A stretch of 32,000 nt of DNA from Candidatus Heimdallarchaeota archaeon. GTDB lineage: Archaea > Asgardarchaeota > Heimdallarchaeia > JABLTI01. The stretch lies in assembly GCA_030614005.1 (NCBI GenBank), contig JAUWKS010000003.1:1-32000 (forward strand), in the 5' to 3' direction. This document shows positions 1-8,368 of the stretch, piece by piece; the stretch's first letter is position 1; each line of letters begins with the position of its first letter. Under the pieces are notes generated by a model. It saw only the letters and a program-made list of their open reading frames with translations. It had not been told where the DNA came from and ran no database searches. A program made the position numbers and the translations under genes.

Positions 1-72
1 AATTTGAGACCTTAGTTGCTTGCAAACCTTAGAAAGTTCAATAAAATTGGGAATTGCTGTCTAGTAATAAAT

Positions 73-81
73 CTTATAAAA
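73..81 (+). promoter_or_regulatory. Archaeal TATA box of the tRNA promoter
   Basis: CTTATAAAA lies about 30 nt upstream of the tRNA 5' end, preceded by an A-rich BRE-like stretch. Confidence 0.6.
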
Positions 82-111
82 CGGTAGTTGTCATTTTCAA
101 CTACAAACTAA

Positions 112-200
112 GCCGAGGTTGTCTAGCCTGGACCACGACGCTGGTCTTGAAAACCAGTTCTCGCAAGGGAGCGCGAGTTCAAATCTCGTCCTCGGCACCA
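112..200 (+). tRNA. tRNA-Ser (anticodon TGA), intronless, CCA encoded
   Basis: Acceptor stem GCCGAGG/CCTCGGC; D arm GTC...GAC; anticodon stem CTGGT/ACCAG with loop CT-TGA-AA; long variable arm TCTC-GCAA-GGGA; T arm GCGAG-TTCAAAT-CTCGT; 3' end ACCA. Confidence 0.96.
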
Positions 201-220
201 ATTTCTTTTCAGGTAAGAAA

Positions 221-705
221 AAGAAAGAATTAGTAGTAACATTTGAACGACTATTGCCAATGAGGGTTGTAAGTTTTCAAGCAATAAGTAAAACCCCTGA
301 AAATGATGCAATGATGAAACTGCGAGAATGGGCAGAACCCAGAGGATTATTTGCTGATTCGATTGCTCATCCCATCTACGGTTTCAATAATCCCAGTCCG
401 CAAAAGGGCAAGAAAGAATATGGTTATGAGTTTTGGATACAAGTAGAAGCTAATTTTCTTGAAGAAGGTGTAAAGAACAAAGATATTCCAGAGCACTTTT
501 GTGCTGTATCAAGATGCTATGTTACAGATCCACACAAAGATATTCCTACTACATGGAGAAAATGCTTGATTGGATTAAAGAAAATGATTACGAATTTGAC
601 AATATTTGCGGTTTGGAAAAAATAATGTCTTCATCACTATCTGACGAATGGATTCTTGATATTTATATACCACTCAAAGAAGAGAGTGTGAAGAAAAAGA
701 AGTAA
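221..705 (+). pseudogene. GyrI-like small-molecule (effector) binding domain protein, frameshifted and lacking a start codon
   Basis: Frame of ORF 119..625 gives VTFERLLPMRVVSF...KLREWAEPRGL...YGYEFWI...IPTTWRK. The frame of ORF 499..705 continues MLDWIKENDYEF...EWILDIYIPLK, the typical GyrI C-terminus. The frame switch is at about 557-563 (GAGAAAATG). There is no ATG/GTG/TTG before the first conserved strand. Confidence 0.7.
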
Positions 706-746
706 GATTATTTAGTAGCTTTGTAAAATGTGTTGTTTGGGAAAAA

Positions 747-1154
747 TCAGTTAATCTTTTCAATAAATTGTATCAAGTTCTTGTTAATGTCAAGTACAAG
801 ACAGCATTTTGCATTGATCTCTTTATGTAATGTTAAATTCATTGTGAATTCAACTTTTTTCTCTTTTAGTTTTGTAATTAGATATTCAATATCTTCAACA
901 ATGAAAGTTAATTTCATGAATCCTTGAATAGTAGGCTTTCCAAAATCATAATTAGAAACACACTTTGCCGGAGAAACAGATTTTTCATTTTCAATTATTT
1001 CAATTTGAAACTCATTCAACTCAACAATCTTTACTTTCAATCCTTGGTCATCGTAATTCACTTCTTTAACAATTTCAAATCCCAAATTCTCTTTATACCA
1101 ATTAGCTGTTTCTTCAGCGTCAGGGACAAGCATTGCAATAATATATGGTTTCAT
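747..1154 (-). CDS. VOC/glyoxalase/bleomycin-resistance family protein
   Basis: IAMLVPDAEETANWYKENLGF, IEIIE, LTFIVEDIE, DINKNLIQFIE fit the VOC fold. GAGG upstream of ATG 1154 favours this start over 1172. Confidence 0.85.
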   Translation of the reverse strand: MKPYIIAMLVPDAEETANWYKENLGFEIVKEVNYDDQGLKVKIVELNEFQIEIIENEKSVSPAKCVSNYDFGKPTIQGFMKLTFIVEDIEYLITKLKEKKVEFTMNLTLHKEINAKCCLVLDINKNLIQFIEKIN

Positions 1155-1375
1155 TTCATTTTTCCTCTGCATTAGTTAACTTAATTCATTTTAATAGGTA
1201 CTCCAAAAAAAGACTCTTTTTCAAGGAAAATGGAACTTATATGCAAAATCTACGAATAAAACTGCTTTAAGTCACAACAAGTGACCTCAATTTGAGTCTT
1301 CAAAAAGTGAATTTCCCTTTTTAAGTAGTATATCGTTTTTAGTTTAATGACTTAGAGGATGCGAATACAATTACA

Positions 1376-2905
1376 TTGACAGAAAAAACAGCTATTGATA
1401 CCCAACCTGAAGAAAAACCATCTTTAATGAGCTTACTAAAAAATAAATCCTATAGACTAGTTTTTGGTGGACAGATGATAAATATGCTTGCAAGCATATT
1501 AGTAGGAATGACATTGTCATTTTTAATCTATGATGTCACTAAAAATGCTGCATTAATGGCTATGATGGGAGTTGTGGGGGCATTGCCAATTATTCTGATT
1601 ATTATATTTGCTGGAGTTATTATTGATCGTATTGATCAAAGAAAAATGATTCTCATTACAATTGGATTAAAGTTTATTGTGTTTACATTATTTCTGCTTT
1701 GTTTTGCGCTTAAAGACTATCTAATTCAAGAATATATTATATATAGGCCACTACTCTATGGTGGTAATATCAAAGTCTTTGTTACTGATTATACGCATTT
1801 CATTTGGCCTCTGTATATTGCATTATTTGTAAGCAATGCAAGTGGATCTCTCTATTTTGTCACAGTTGGTACGTATTCCAAATTTATTATTAAAAAGAAA
1901 GATTATCTAATTGCAAACTCTTTTGGTGCTACTATTTTCCAATGTGCTTCAATAATTGCTCCTCTATTAGCGGGTTTTCTCATTACTACCAGCTATCTCT
2001 ATAGTTTCATTATTGGTGCTTGTATAATGGGTTTAGCAGTTATTTTTAGTCTAATACTCGTAATGAAAGGTATTGAAACACCAAAAGTTGAAATTGAAGA
2101 GTTAAAGGGCTTCAAGAATAATATGGAGAAAGTATTTGGTGATATTCGAGTTGGTATGGATGCAATTAAATCTGAACCTAAAATATTGTTTATTACTTGT
2201 ATATATGTGCTTCTCAATTTTGTATGGACATCATTTTTTGGACTTTATAATGTAATACTTCAAGGAGAAATGGCATTAAGTGCTACCTGGTTGGGTGCAA
2301 TATCGGCAGCTATGGCAGTAATTGCTGTTATATCTTCACTTGTTGTAATGAAAATCGGGAAAATAAAACGAAAGTTAATTTTAGTTATTATATTCTTTAT
2401 TATGCAAACAATTGGAATGTTTATTTTTGCTTTTAACAGAAATCCGTGGATTATGATAACAATTAATGTTATACCACTTGGTATTGTTAGTGGTATAGCA
2501 AATATTCCTTCAAATACTCTTCGTCAAGAGAAAATTCCACACAATAAAATGGGTCGTGTGATGTCAAGTGTTCTATTATTCATTAGTATAGCAAATTTGC
2601 TTGGTAACGGAATTGTCACTGCAGTTTCAAATTACGTTAACCCAATGTATATTGTTCTGTCCGGTGCAATTTTGATGACAATATTGACTATTGGGAGTAC
2701 CATTGTTTTTCTGTCAAAAAGAAGTCTAAGATGTTCTGATTATATTGAAACAAAAGATGTAGAAGACAATCATGTGGAAAAAATAGTGCCATCAGAGATT
2801 GATCAAACTCCTTCTAGAAGAATAGATGAAATTGATATATTAACCAAAGAAACGGAAAAGAAACTTCCATTTGATGGCTCAGTTCCTTCTCCTTCATTAG
2901 ATTAA
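1376..2905 (+). CDS. MFS transporter (DHA3/H+ antiporter-like, about 12 TM helices)
   Basis: Motif A-like GVIIDRIDQRK, many hydrophobic helices, LRQEKIPHNKMGRVMS motif, hydrophilic C-terminal tail; TTG start. Confidence 0.9.
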   Translation: MTEKTAIDTQPEEKPSLMSLLKNKSYRLVFGGQMINMLASILVGMTLSFLIYDVTKNAALMAMMGVVGALPIILIIIFAGVIIDRIDQRKMILITIGLKFIVFTLFLLCFALKDYLIQEYIIYRPLLYGGNIKVFVTDYTHFIWPLYIALFVSNASGSLYFVTVGTYSKFIIKKKDYLIANSFGATIFQCASIIAPLLAGFLITTSYLYSFIIGACIMGLAVIFSLILVMKGIETPKVEIEELKGFKNNMEKVFGDIRVGMDAIKSEPKILFITCIYVLLNFVWTSFFGLYNVILQGEMALSATWLGAISAAMAVIAVISSLVVMKIGKIKRKLILVIIFFIMQTIGMFIFAFNRNPWIMITINVIPLGIVSGIANIPSNTLRQEKIPHNKMGRVMSSVLLFISIANLLGNGIVTAVSNYVNPMYIVLSGAILMTILTIGSTIVFLSKRSLRCSDYIETKDVEDNHVEKIVPSEIDQTPSRRIDEIDILTKETEKKLPFDGSVPSPSLD

Positions 2906-2926
2906 CTAAATTTCGGAGGAAATAAT

Positions 2927-3034
2927 ATGAAAATAAAAGTTGTAATTAATTCAAGTGGTATAACCTTTCAAATGGGCAATGTAAGTTTAATAATTGGTAC
3001 AAATCTTGCAATCAAATTATTGATTCATATTTAA
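2927..3034 (+). CDS. Putative 35-aa small hydrophobic peptide
   Basis: GGAGG at 2915-2919 followed by ATG at 2927; reads MKIKVVINSSGITFQMGNVSLIIGTNLAIKLLIHI-stop; starts 21 nt after the MFS stop. Confidence 0.35.
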   Translation: MKIKVVINSSGITFQMGNVSLIIGTNLAIKLLIHI

Positions 3035-3080
3035 TACGACTTAGAATTTCTTTACTTGAATCTGTAGGGAAAATAGTAAT

Positions 3081-3110
3081 CTAGGATGACTCATATATTT
3101 CTCATCCTAG
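3081..3110. repeat. 9-bp perfect inverted repeat (hairpin; possible terminator or operator)
   Basis: CTAGGATGA (3081-3089) and TCATCCTAG (3102-3110), 12-nt loop. Confidence 0.5.
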
Positions 3111-3436
3111 TAATAAATAATTCACTGTGTCGTATTAGAAATTATATTTTGCATTTCTAATATTTTCTGATTGATTTATGATTAAGTAAGCTATCAATAA
3201 CCTGATTCAAGTTCATACCTTCAAATAACTGTTAATCGCCTTATCTCTGGTCACGTTATTTGAAATGGGTGATAATTTGTGACCATTGATTGAGCATTCT
3301 TTATATTGACGATTTATTTGAGCTTTTTAGATGATTAAGTGGTATTTTTATCCTCTATTTTTAGAGAATTATTGTGAGCAAATTCTGTGTAAGTTTTAAT
3401 TTTGCCACATTTAATAATTCTTCAAAGGTTTGAAAG

Positions 3437-4018
3437 ATGACTGATAAAGGGGACCAAACATTCTTTCTTTCAGGAAAGAATTCAAAGATTTATTTAGAAT
3501 TAGACAAAGCAAAAAGTGGACAAGATGCTTTAGTAAAAGAACTTGTAAAACAACAAATCCGCCCGTCAAATGATATCTGGATTGCTTATCTTACAACTGT
3601 AATTGGGAAACTAGCTAAAACAGTTGAAAATAACAATCAAAGAACTCTCGAGAGTTTAATAATAAAATTAATTGCTCAATTAATGAGCTGGTTAGAGTTA
3701 GTAAGAAATGATAATCTTGAAGATCTAACCATTAAAACAAAGAATATTCATAACCCTGCTTTTAATACAGTCTTTGTTAAATTAACTGGTGATCTTTCTA
3801 GTGCAATCTTGAAAAATGACAATAAAGCAGTTCAAAACAAACTTGTTATGTTCCAAGCATTTTGTAGTAAATGGATAGAAAGATTGGATGCTCCATCGAT
3901 AAAAATAATGGATGAAAAAGCACTAAATCAGCAAGAAATTTATGAAGAATATTGGAAACTCGATGCAAAAATAACTGAAGATTTTGAAGAGGTATTTGCG
4001 GGTTTGGATTTAGAATAG
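3437..4018 (+). CDS. Hypothetical all-alpha protein with a 61-aa internal repeat; possible degenerate MazG-like fold
   Basis: 193-aa ORF with ATG start; G57/G118 and W85/W146 recur at an identical 61-aa offset. Confidence 0.7.
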   Translation: MTDKGDQTFFLSGKNSKIYLELDKAKSGQDALVKELVKQQIRPSNDIWIAYLTTVIGKLAKTVENNNQRTLESLIIKLIAQLMSWLELVRNDNLEDLTIKTKNIHNPAFNTVFVKLTGDLSSAILKNDNKAVQNKLVMFQAFCSKWIERLDAPSIKIMDEKALNQQEIYEEYWKLDAKITEDFEEVFAGLDLE

Positions 4019-4122
4019 CCAATACAAGTTTTACTTAATATGAGAATTATGCCTATTTTTAAAGCAAAAGATGGGCTATTATTACTTGAACCTGTCATTT
4101 GTCAGCCAAATCAGCATGGTTC

Positions 4123-4223
4123 CTAGTCGGTGGTGTGCTGGTAGAACTTTCTTTCATCAATTCGAACACCCTCCCAAGAAAGAAAAAACTCTTCCCTTTT
4201 AAAATCCAGCACAAACCGGCTAG
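4123..4223 (+). other. ~100-nt element with terminal inverted repeats (structured ncRNA or MITE candidate)
   Basis: CTAGTCGGT-GG-TGTGCTGG (4123-4141) pairs with CCAGCACA-A-ACCGGCTAG (4206-4223). An inner helix pairs TTTCTTTC (4148-4155) with GAAAGAAA (4178-4185). Confidence 0.5.
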
Positions 4224-4305
4224 ATATTATTCTGCTCTTTGATTTGTCTTTCTGAGTAGAAAAAGTAATTAATGATACTTTTCTTCACTGGTTCGAGGAA
4301 TAGTT

Positions 4306-4719
4306 TTGAGTTTCGAATATAAAGATCATACAGCTGATACCATTGTTCATGCAAAAGGTGTGGATTTAAAAGAAGCATTTGAACAAGCTGCATTAGGTAC
4401 ATATCAAGTAATGACAGATATATCACTTATTGAACATAAGATAACTAAAGAAGTGAACATACAATCTGAAGATGAAAAATCATTGTTATTTGATTGGATA
4501 GATCAACTAATCTTTTTATTTGATACTGAATTTTTTATATCAAATAAAATATCTATTCAAGAATTTTCCAAAAATAATGATATCTATTTACTAAAAGCAA
4601 CATTAGAAGGAGAAGAGTTCGTTATTAGTAAACATTCTCAGAAAAGCGAAGTAAAAGCGATGACGTATTCCTTTATGGAAGTTGGCGAGAACTACGTAGA
4701 GTTTACTCTGGACTTATAA
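4306..4719 (+). CDS. Archease
   Basis: N-terminal DHTAD, A(F)EQAA, LLFDWIDQLIF and C-terminal EVKAMTY motifs; TTG start 7 nt after GAGG. Confidence 0.93.
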   Translation: MSFEYKDHTADTIVHAKGVDLKEAFEQAALGTYQVMTDISLIEHKITKEVNIQSEDEKSLLFDWIDQLIFLFDTEFFISNKISIQEFSKNNDIYLLKATLEGEEFVISKHSQKSEVKAMTYSFMEVGENYVEFTLDL

Positions 4720-4792
4720 AATACAATTTTAGTCTTACGTTCATAATAACAAAACTCAAAAAGCAAGATAGAGATTTTCATAGAGTGAGAAT

Positions 4793-6457
4793 ATGTCTAC
4801 GAAACGCAACCTTGTCAATGAATTACTCAAAAGAAATTGTCTAATAACTCCTGATTGTTACGAGATTTTAGAGGATGTAGACGATGATACTATTGATTTA
4901 GATAGGTTAGCGAATGCTTTGAAAAATGAGCTTGTCGTTACTGCTGAGAAATTACAAGAAGCATTACAATCATTTGAAGAGTTTTTATCTGAAGGTGACC
5001 TTATCGATTCCGATTCTCCAATTGATGAGAGTTTAGAACAATCTGAAATGGACATTACCTTGCCTTCAAAGAAGGTGGAAGAACCTCTCGATAGTATTTC
5101 TGACAGCTCAAAAGATGATGAAAAAATACTCGCCACCCAAATTAGAGATATTTCAAAAGATGTACCAAGTCAATTTGATCCAATTGGTAGAAACATAGAT
5201 ACTCAATTTAAGATACTTCACGAATCATCTGGACAAACAACAATTGATGGAACACTCAAAGATTTTAGTAAATATTTTATAAGTCGATTTAAACAATTGA
5301 GAGCTATTTTAAAGAAACGAGGGGATATTGGTGGTTCGTTTCGCATCGGGGATTTAAAGAAAGCAAAAATTGACGAACATGAACGGATTGGCATCTTAGG
5401 AATGGTAACTACTAAAGTTTCGTTAAAAAATGGCGGAATGTTATTTGAAGTTGAAGATCCAACAGGGAGCATTACAATTACGATTTCTAATAAAATGCAA
5501 GAATTACTCGTTAAAGCTGGAGCATTGCTTCAAGACCAAGTTGCAGGCTTTTTTGGGAAAATCTATGGTGATAGGATGGTACTCGAAGATTTTGTTTTTC
5601 CGGATTTGCCATTAAGTAGTAGGTCTAAGACTGTTAAGGATCCAGTTAGTGTATGTATGACAAGTGATTTACATATTGGAAGCAAAGAATTTTTGGAAGA
5701 TTCGTTTGATAATTTGATAGATTTTTTGAATGGACGTGTTGATGATCCTTATCAACAAACATTGGCAAGTCAAGTAAAATATTTGATTGTTGGTGGTGAT
5801 GTTGTAGACGGAATTGGCATTTATCCAAAACAAGAAGACGATTTGATTATTACTGATATTTATGGACAATATGATAAAGCAGCTGAACTGCTCGCAAAAA
5901 TACCCGATTGGATTCACATAATCATCATTTCTGGAAATCATGATGCTTGTAGATTAGCTTTACCACAACCCGCAATAGGAAAGGAGTATGCACCAAAATT
6001 ATGGGCAATGAAAAACGTGAGTATGCTCTCTAATCCTTCTACAGTAAATATCCACGGAAAGGTTTTCCTTCTTTATCATGGGAACTCATTCGAAGATGTT
6101 TCTTCATTAACGCCAGGATTAAGTATGAGTGATGCAAATGGTCCAATGATTTATACTCTAAGATATAGACACTTGGCTCCCACTTTTGGGAGAAGAAGTA
6201 GCGTTGTTCCGAGTTTAAAAGATGAATTAGTAATAGAACACGTTCCAGATGTTTTTCATACTGGTCACATTCACATTAATGCTCATACACGATACAGAGG
6301 GGTTGATTGTATTAACTCAGGAACTTTTCAATCACAAACAGATTATATGCAGTCAAAAAATATTAACCCTACTCCTGGTAGAGTACCAATTATCAATCTA
6401 CAATCAGGTAAATTGCATGAACTTGTATTCTATGATCCAAAAGAACAGAAGCAATAA
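4793..6457 (+). CDS. polB: DNA polymerase II (PolD) small subunit DP1, 3'-5' proofreading exonuclease
   Basis: YFISRFKQL, OB fold (GMVTTK...EDPTG), and intact phosphoesterase motifs DLHIGSK, GDVVDG, GNHD, HG, HTGHIH, NSGTFQSQT. Confidence 0.95.
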   Translation: MSTKRNLVNELLKRNCLITPDCYEILEDVDDDTIDLDRLANALKNELVVTAEKLQEALQSFEEFLSEGDLIDSDSPIDESLEQSEMDITLPSKKVEEPLDSISDSSKDDEKILATQIRDISKDVPSQFDPIGRNIDTQFKILHESSGQTTIDGTLKDFSKYFISRFKQLRAILKKRGDIGGSFRIGDLKKAKIDEHERIGILGMVTTKVSLKNGGMLFEVEDPTGSITITISNKMQELLVKAGALLQDQVAGFFGKIYGDRMVLEDFVFPDLPLSSRSKTVKDPVSVCMTSDLHIGSKEFLEDSFDNLIDFLNGRVDDPYQQTLASQVKYLIVGGDVVDGIGIYPKQEDDLIITDIYGQYDKAAELLAKIPDWIHIIIISGNHDACRLALPQPAIGKEYAPKLWAMKNVSMLSNPSTVNIHGKVFLLYHGNSFEDVSSLTPGLSMSDANGPMIYTLRYRHLAPTFGRRSSVVPSLKDELVIEHVPDVFHTGHIHINAHTRYRGVDCINSGTFQSQTDYMQSKNINPTPGRVPIINLQSGKLHELVFYDPKEQKQ

Positions 6458-6522
6458 TCATCTTTCAATAAGAGTAGAAAGCTTTTTGTTTAATGTTGTA
6501 ACCAAATTGGTTGTGATTAATT

Positions 6523-7437
6523 ATGAAAAATCCTTGGTTGCGTATTATGCGCCCCTTTAATTGTTTTCTCATTTCAATGTGCGCGATTGTAGGATGGGTA
6601 GCTGATAAAGGCACATCAGCATTTACTGAACAATGGCCAGCATTAATAATGACTTTTATTGGTGGTTGGGCTTTAAGTGCAGCAGCAATGATTTTGAATG
6701 ATTATTTTGACATTGAAGTAGATAAAATAAATCAACCACAAAGACCAATTCCAAATGGGGAAATAAAACCAAAAACTGCCCTCATTGTTGGCATTGTTTT
6801 AGTTATTCTTGGAATATTACTTGGTTTAGGCATTGATTTTTACAGCTATTATACTTTAGAAGGTGTTTTTGGTGTTGCAATTGTTACTGCAATAATAAAT
6901 TCAGTAATACTAATAATTTATACCAATTATTTGAAGAAATATTCTATTCTCGGAAATTTAGCTGTTTCATTTGGTGTTTGGTTTGGATTTATGTATGGTG
7001 ATTTAGTAGTTGATTTCACATTCAATATTTTTCCAGAAACATTGGGTTTCGCAGCTTTTGTTCTTAATTTCGGAAGAGAAATGATGAAAGGTATTATGGA
7101 TATTGAGGGTGATCGAGCGAACAAAGTAACAACTGTTGCAACTGCTTTGGGCGTTAAGGCAACTGCAGTAATTTCAGCAATAACTTATCTGCTAGCTATA
7201 AGTTTTGCTTTGTTGCCAATTAAATTTGCAGAGGTAAGCTGGGTATATGTTGGAACTATTTCTGTTGCATTCATATTAGCTATACTGTGTGCAGTCTGGA
7301 TTTTAATAGATCAGAGCACTAGATCGATTGTTATAATTAAAACGCTTATTCTTATAACAATGTTAGCTGCATTGATAGCTTTCGCTGCGGAAGCACTAGT
7401 AAGAGATTTTCTGCCACCAATTATTGCAAGCACTTAA
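6523..7437 (+). CDS. UbiA-family prenyltransferase, probably digeranylgeranylglyceryl phosphate (DGGGP) synthase
   Basis: IMRPFNC, NDYFDIEVDKINQPQRPIP and REMMKGIMDIEGD Asp-rich motifs; multiple TM helices. Confidence 0.85.
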   Translation: MKNPWLRIMRPFNCFLISMCAIVGWVADKGTSAFTEQWPALIMTFIGGWALSAAAMILNDYFDIEVDKINQPQRPIPNGEIKPKTALIVGIVLVILGILLGLGIDFYSYYTLEGVFGVAIVTAIINSVILIIYTNYLKKYSILGNLAVSFGVWFGFMYGDLVVDFTFNIFPETLGFAAFVLNFGREMMKGIMDIEGDRANKVTTVATALGVKATAVISAITYLLAISFALLPIKFAEVSWVYVGTISVAFILAILCAVWILIDQSTRSIVIIKTLILITMLAALIAFAAEALVRDFLPPIIAST

Positions 7438-7513
7438 CATAATGTTAGCTTTAAGAGAAATACAAAAAAGAAAAATAGAAAAGCTAAGAATTAGATTAAT
7501 ACTAAATCTTAGT

Positions 7514-8368
7514 TTATTCAACATTAGAAGGTTTAAAATTCGGTTCTGTAGGTGGAGAAGGTTCAGTTGCTCCTTCTACTGGTGCAGCTGGTTCCAATGT
7601 TTTTATTTTTATCTCAATGGTAGTTAACCTTTGGTTTATGAGATCGAATGCTTTTGTTAATCTCCCTAATTCATCTTTTAAACTACCTGCAGATTCTACA
7701 CCCGTTTCTTGCACTACATCAATGGATGCAGGGTTACTTCCAGTAATTGTTGTTCCTTCTAATTGGTTAATTTTTGTTTCAAGAGCATCTACTGCAGTTA
7801 AGAGCGAGGGAACGCGATTGTCATGGGGAGTTTGAGCTACAGACTCTTCAATTTTATCTAGCCTATCTATAAGACTAGTATACATTTCAGCGTCACCTTT
7901 GGTTTCATTCTTAGCAAATTCAGCTTCTAATCTTGCAACTCGTTCAGTTTCTAAAGATTTTAAGCTGTTATTAACATCTTCTACACTCTCTTTCATTTCT
8001 TCTACCATATTTTCAATAGTGTTCTCAATTAAGTCAATCTTCTGCTTTATTTCTTCAAGTTCAGAAGAATCAACTAGATCTTCAACAGGTTGTGGTGCAG
8101 ATGTGGGTAAGTTTGTTTCAGCTTGAGCAAAAAGTTGATCACAAACATTCCTTAAGGGATATTTATCGATTACAAGCCGTGAATTATTCAATAGTTCATT
8201 GGCAGCCTTATTAATTCCATTTTTGGAAAATACAGGGACAATAACTTCGTTTTCGACATCTCCCCTGAGTAAAAGAGATAACACCCATCTACCACGATCT
8301 TCAGCAAGCTGTAAATAATACATTGTGCCTGGGATTTGTATTTTCACTTTATCTATACTTTGTGACAT
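7514..8368 (-). CDS. Hypothetical protein: small globular N-domain, long acidic coiled coil, Pro-rich tail
   Basis: ATG 8368 (MSQSIDKV) preferred because the ORF-track start overlaps trxB; heptad-rich segments such as ELEEIKQKIDLIENTIENMVEEMKESVEDVNNSLKSLE. Confidence 0.75.
   Translation of the reverse strand: MSQSIDKVKIQIPGTMYYLQLAEDRGRWVLSLLLRGDVENEVIVPVFSKNGINKAANELLNNSRLVIDKYPLRNVCDQLFAQAETNLPTSAPQPVEDLVDSSELEEIKQKIDLIENTIENMVEEMKESVEDVNNSLKSLETERVARLEAEFAKNETKGDAEMYTSLIDRLDKIEESVAQTPHDNRVPSLLTAVDALETKINQLEGTTITGSNPASIDVVQETGVESAGSLKDELGRLTKAFDLINQRLTTIEIKIKTLEPAAPVEGATEPSPPTEPNFKPSNVE

Noticed and set aside
146-152. TGA in the anticodon loop suggesting tRNA-Sec or a suppressor tRNA
   Set aside because: Anticodon TGA reads UCA (Ser). 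tRNA-Sec needs anticodon TCA and an extended acceptor stem; this has a normal 7-bp stem.
119-220. 5' part of ORF 119..625 and ORF 123..311 (-)
   Set aside because: They overlap the tRNA and are read-through artefacts.
4040-4126. 28-aa ORF MRIMPIFKAKDG...
   Set aside because: No ribosome-binding site, no recognisable motif, and it runs into the hairpin element.
4123-4223. Hairpin element as 5S rRNA, SRP RNA or RNase P RNA
   Set aside because: It lacks the conserved 5S loop sequences, the SRP helix 8 motif and the RNase P P4 GAGGAAAGUCC signature; kept only as an unknown element.
4960-5180. Acidic low-complexity stretch in DP1 as an insertion or intein
   Set aside because: A variable acidic linker after the N-terminal helical domain is normal for DP1, and there are no intein splice motifs.
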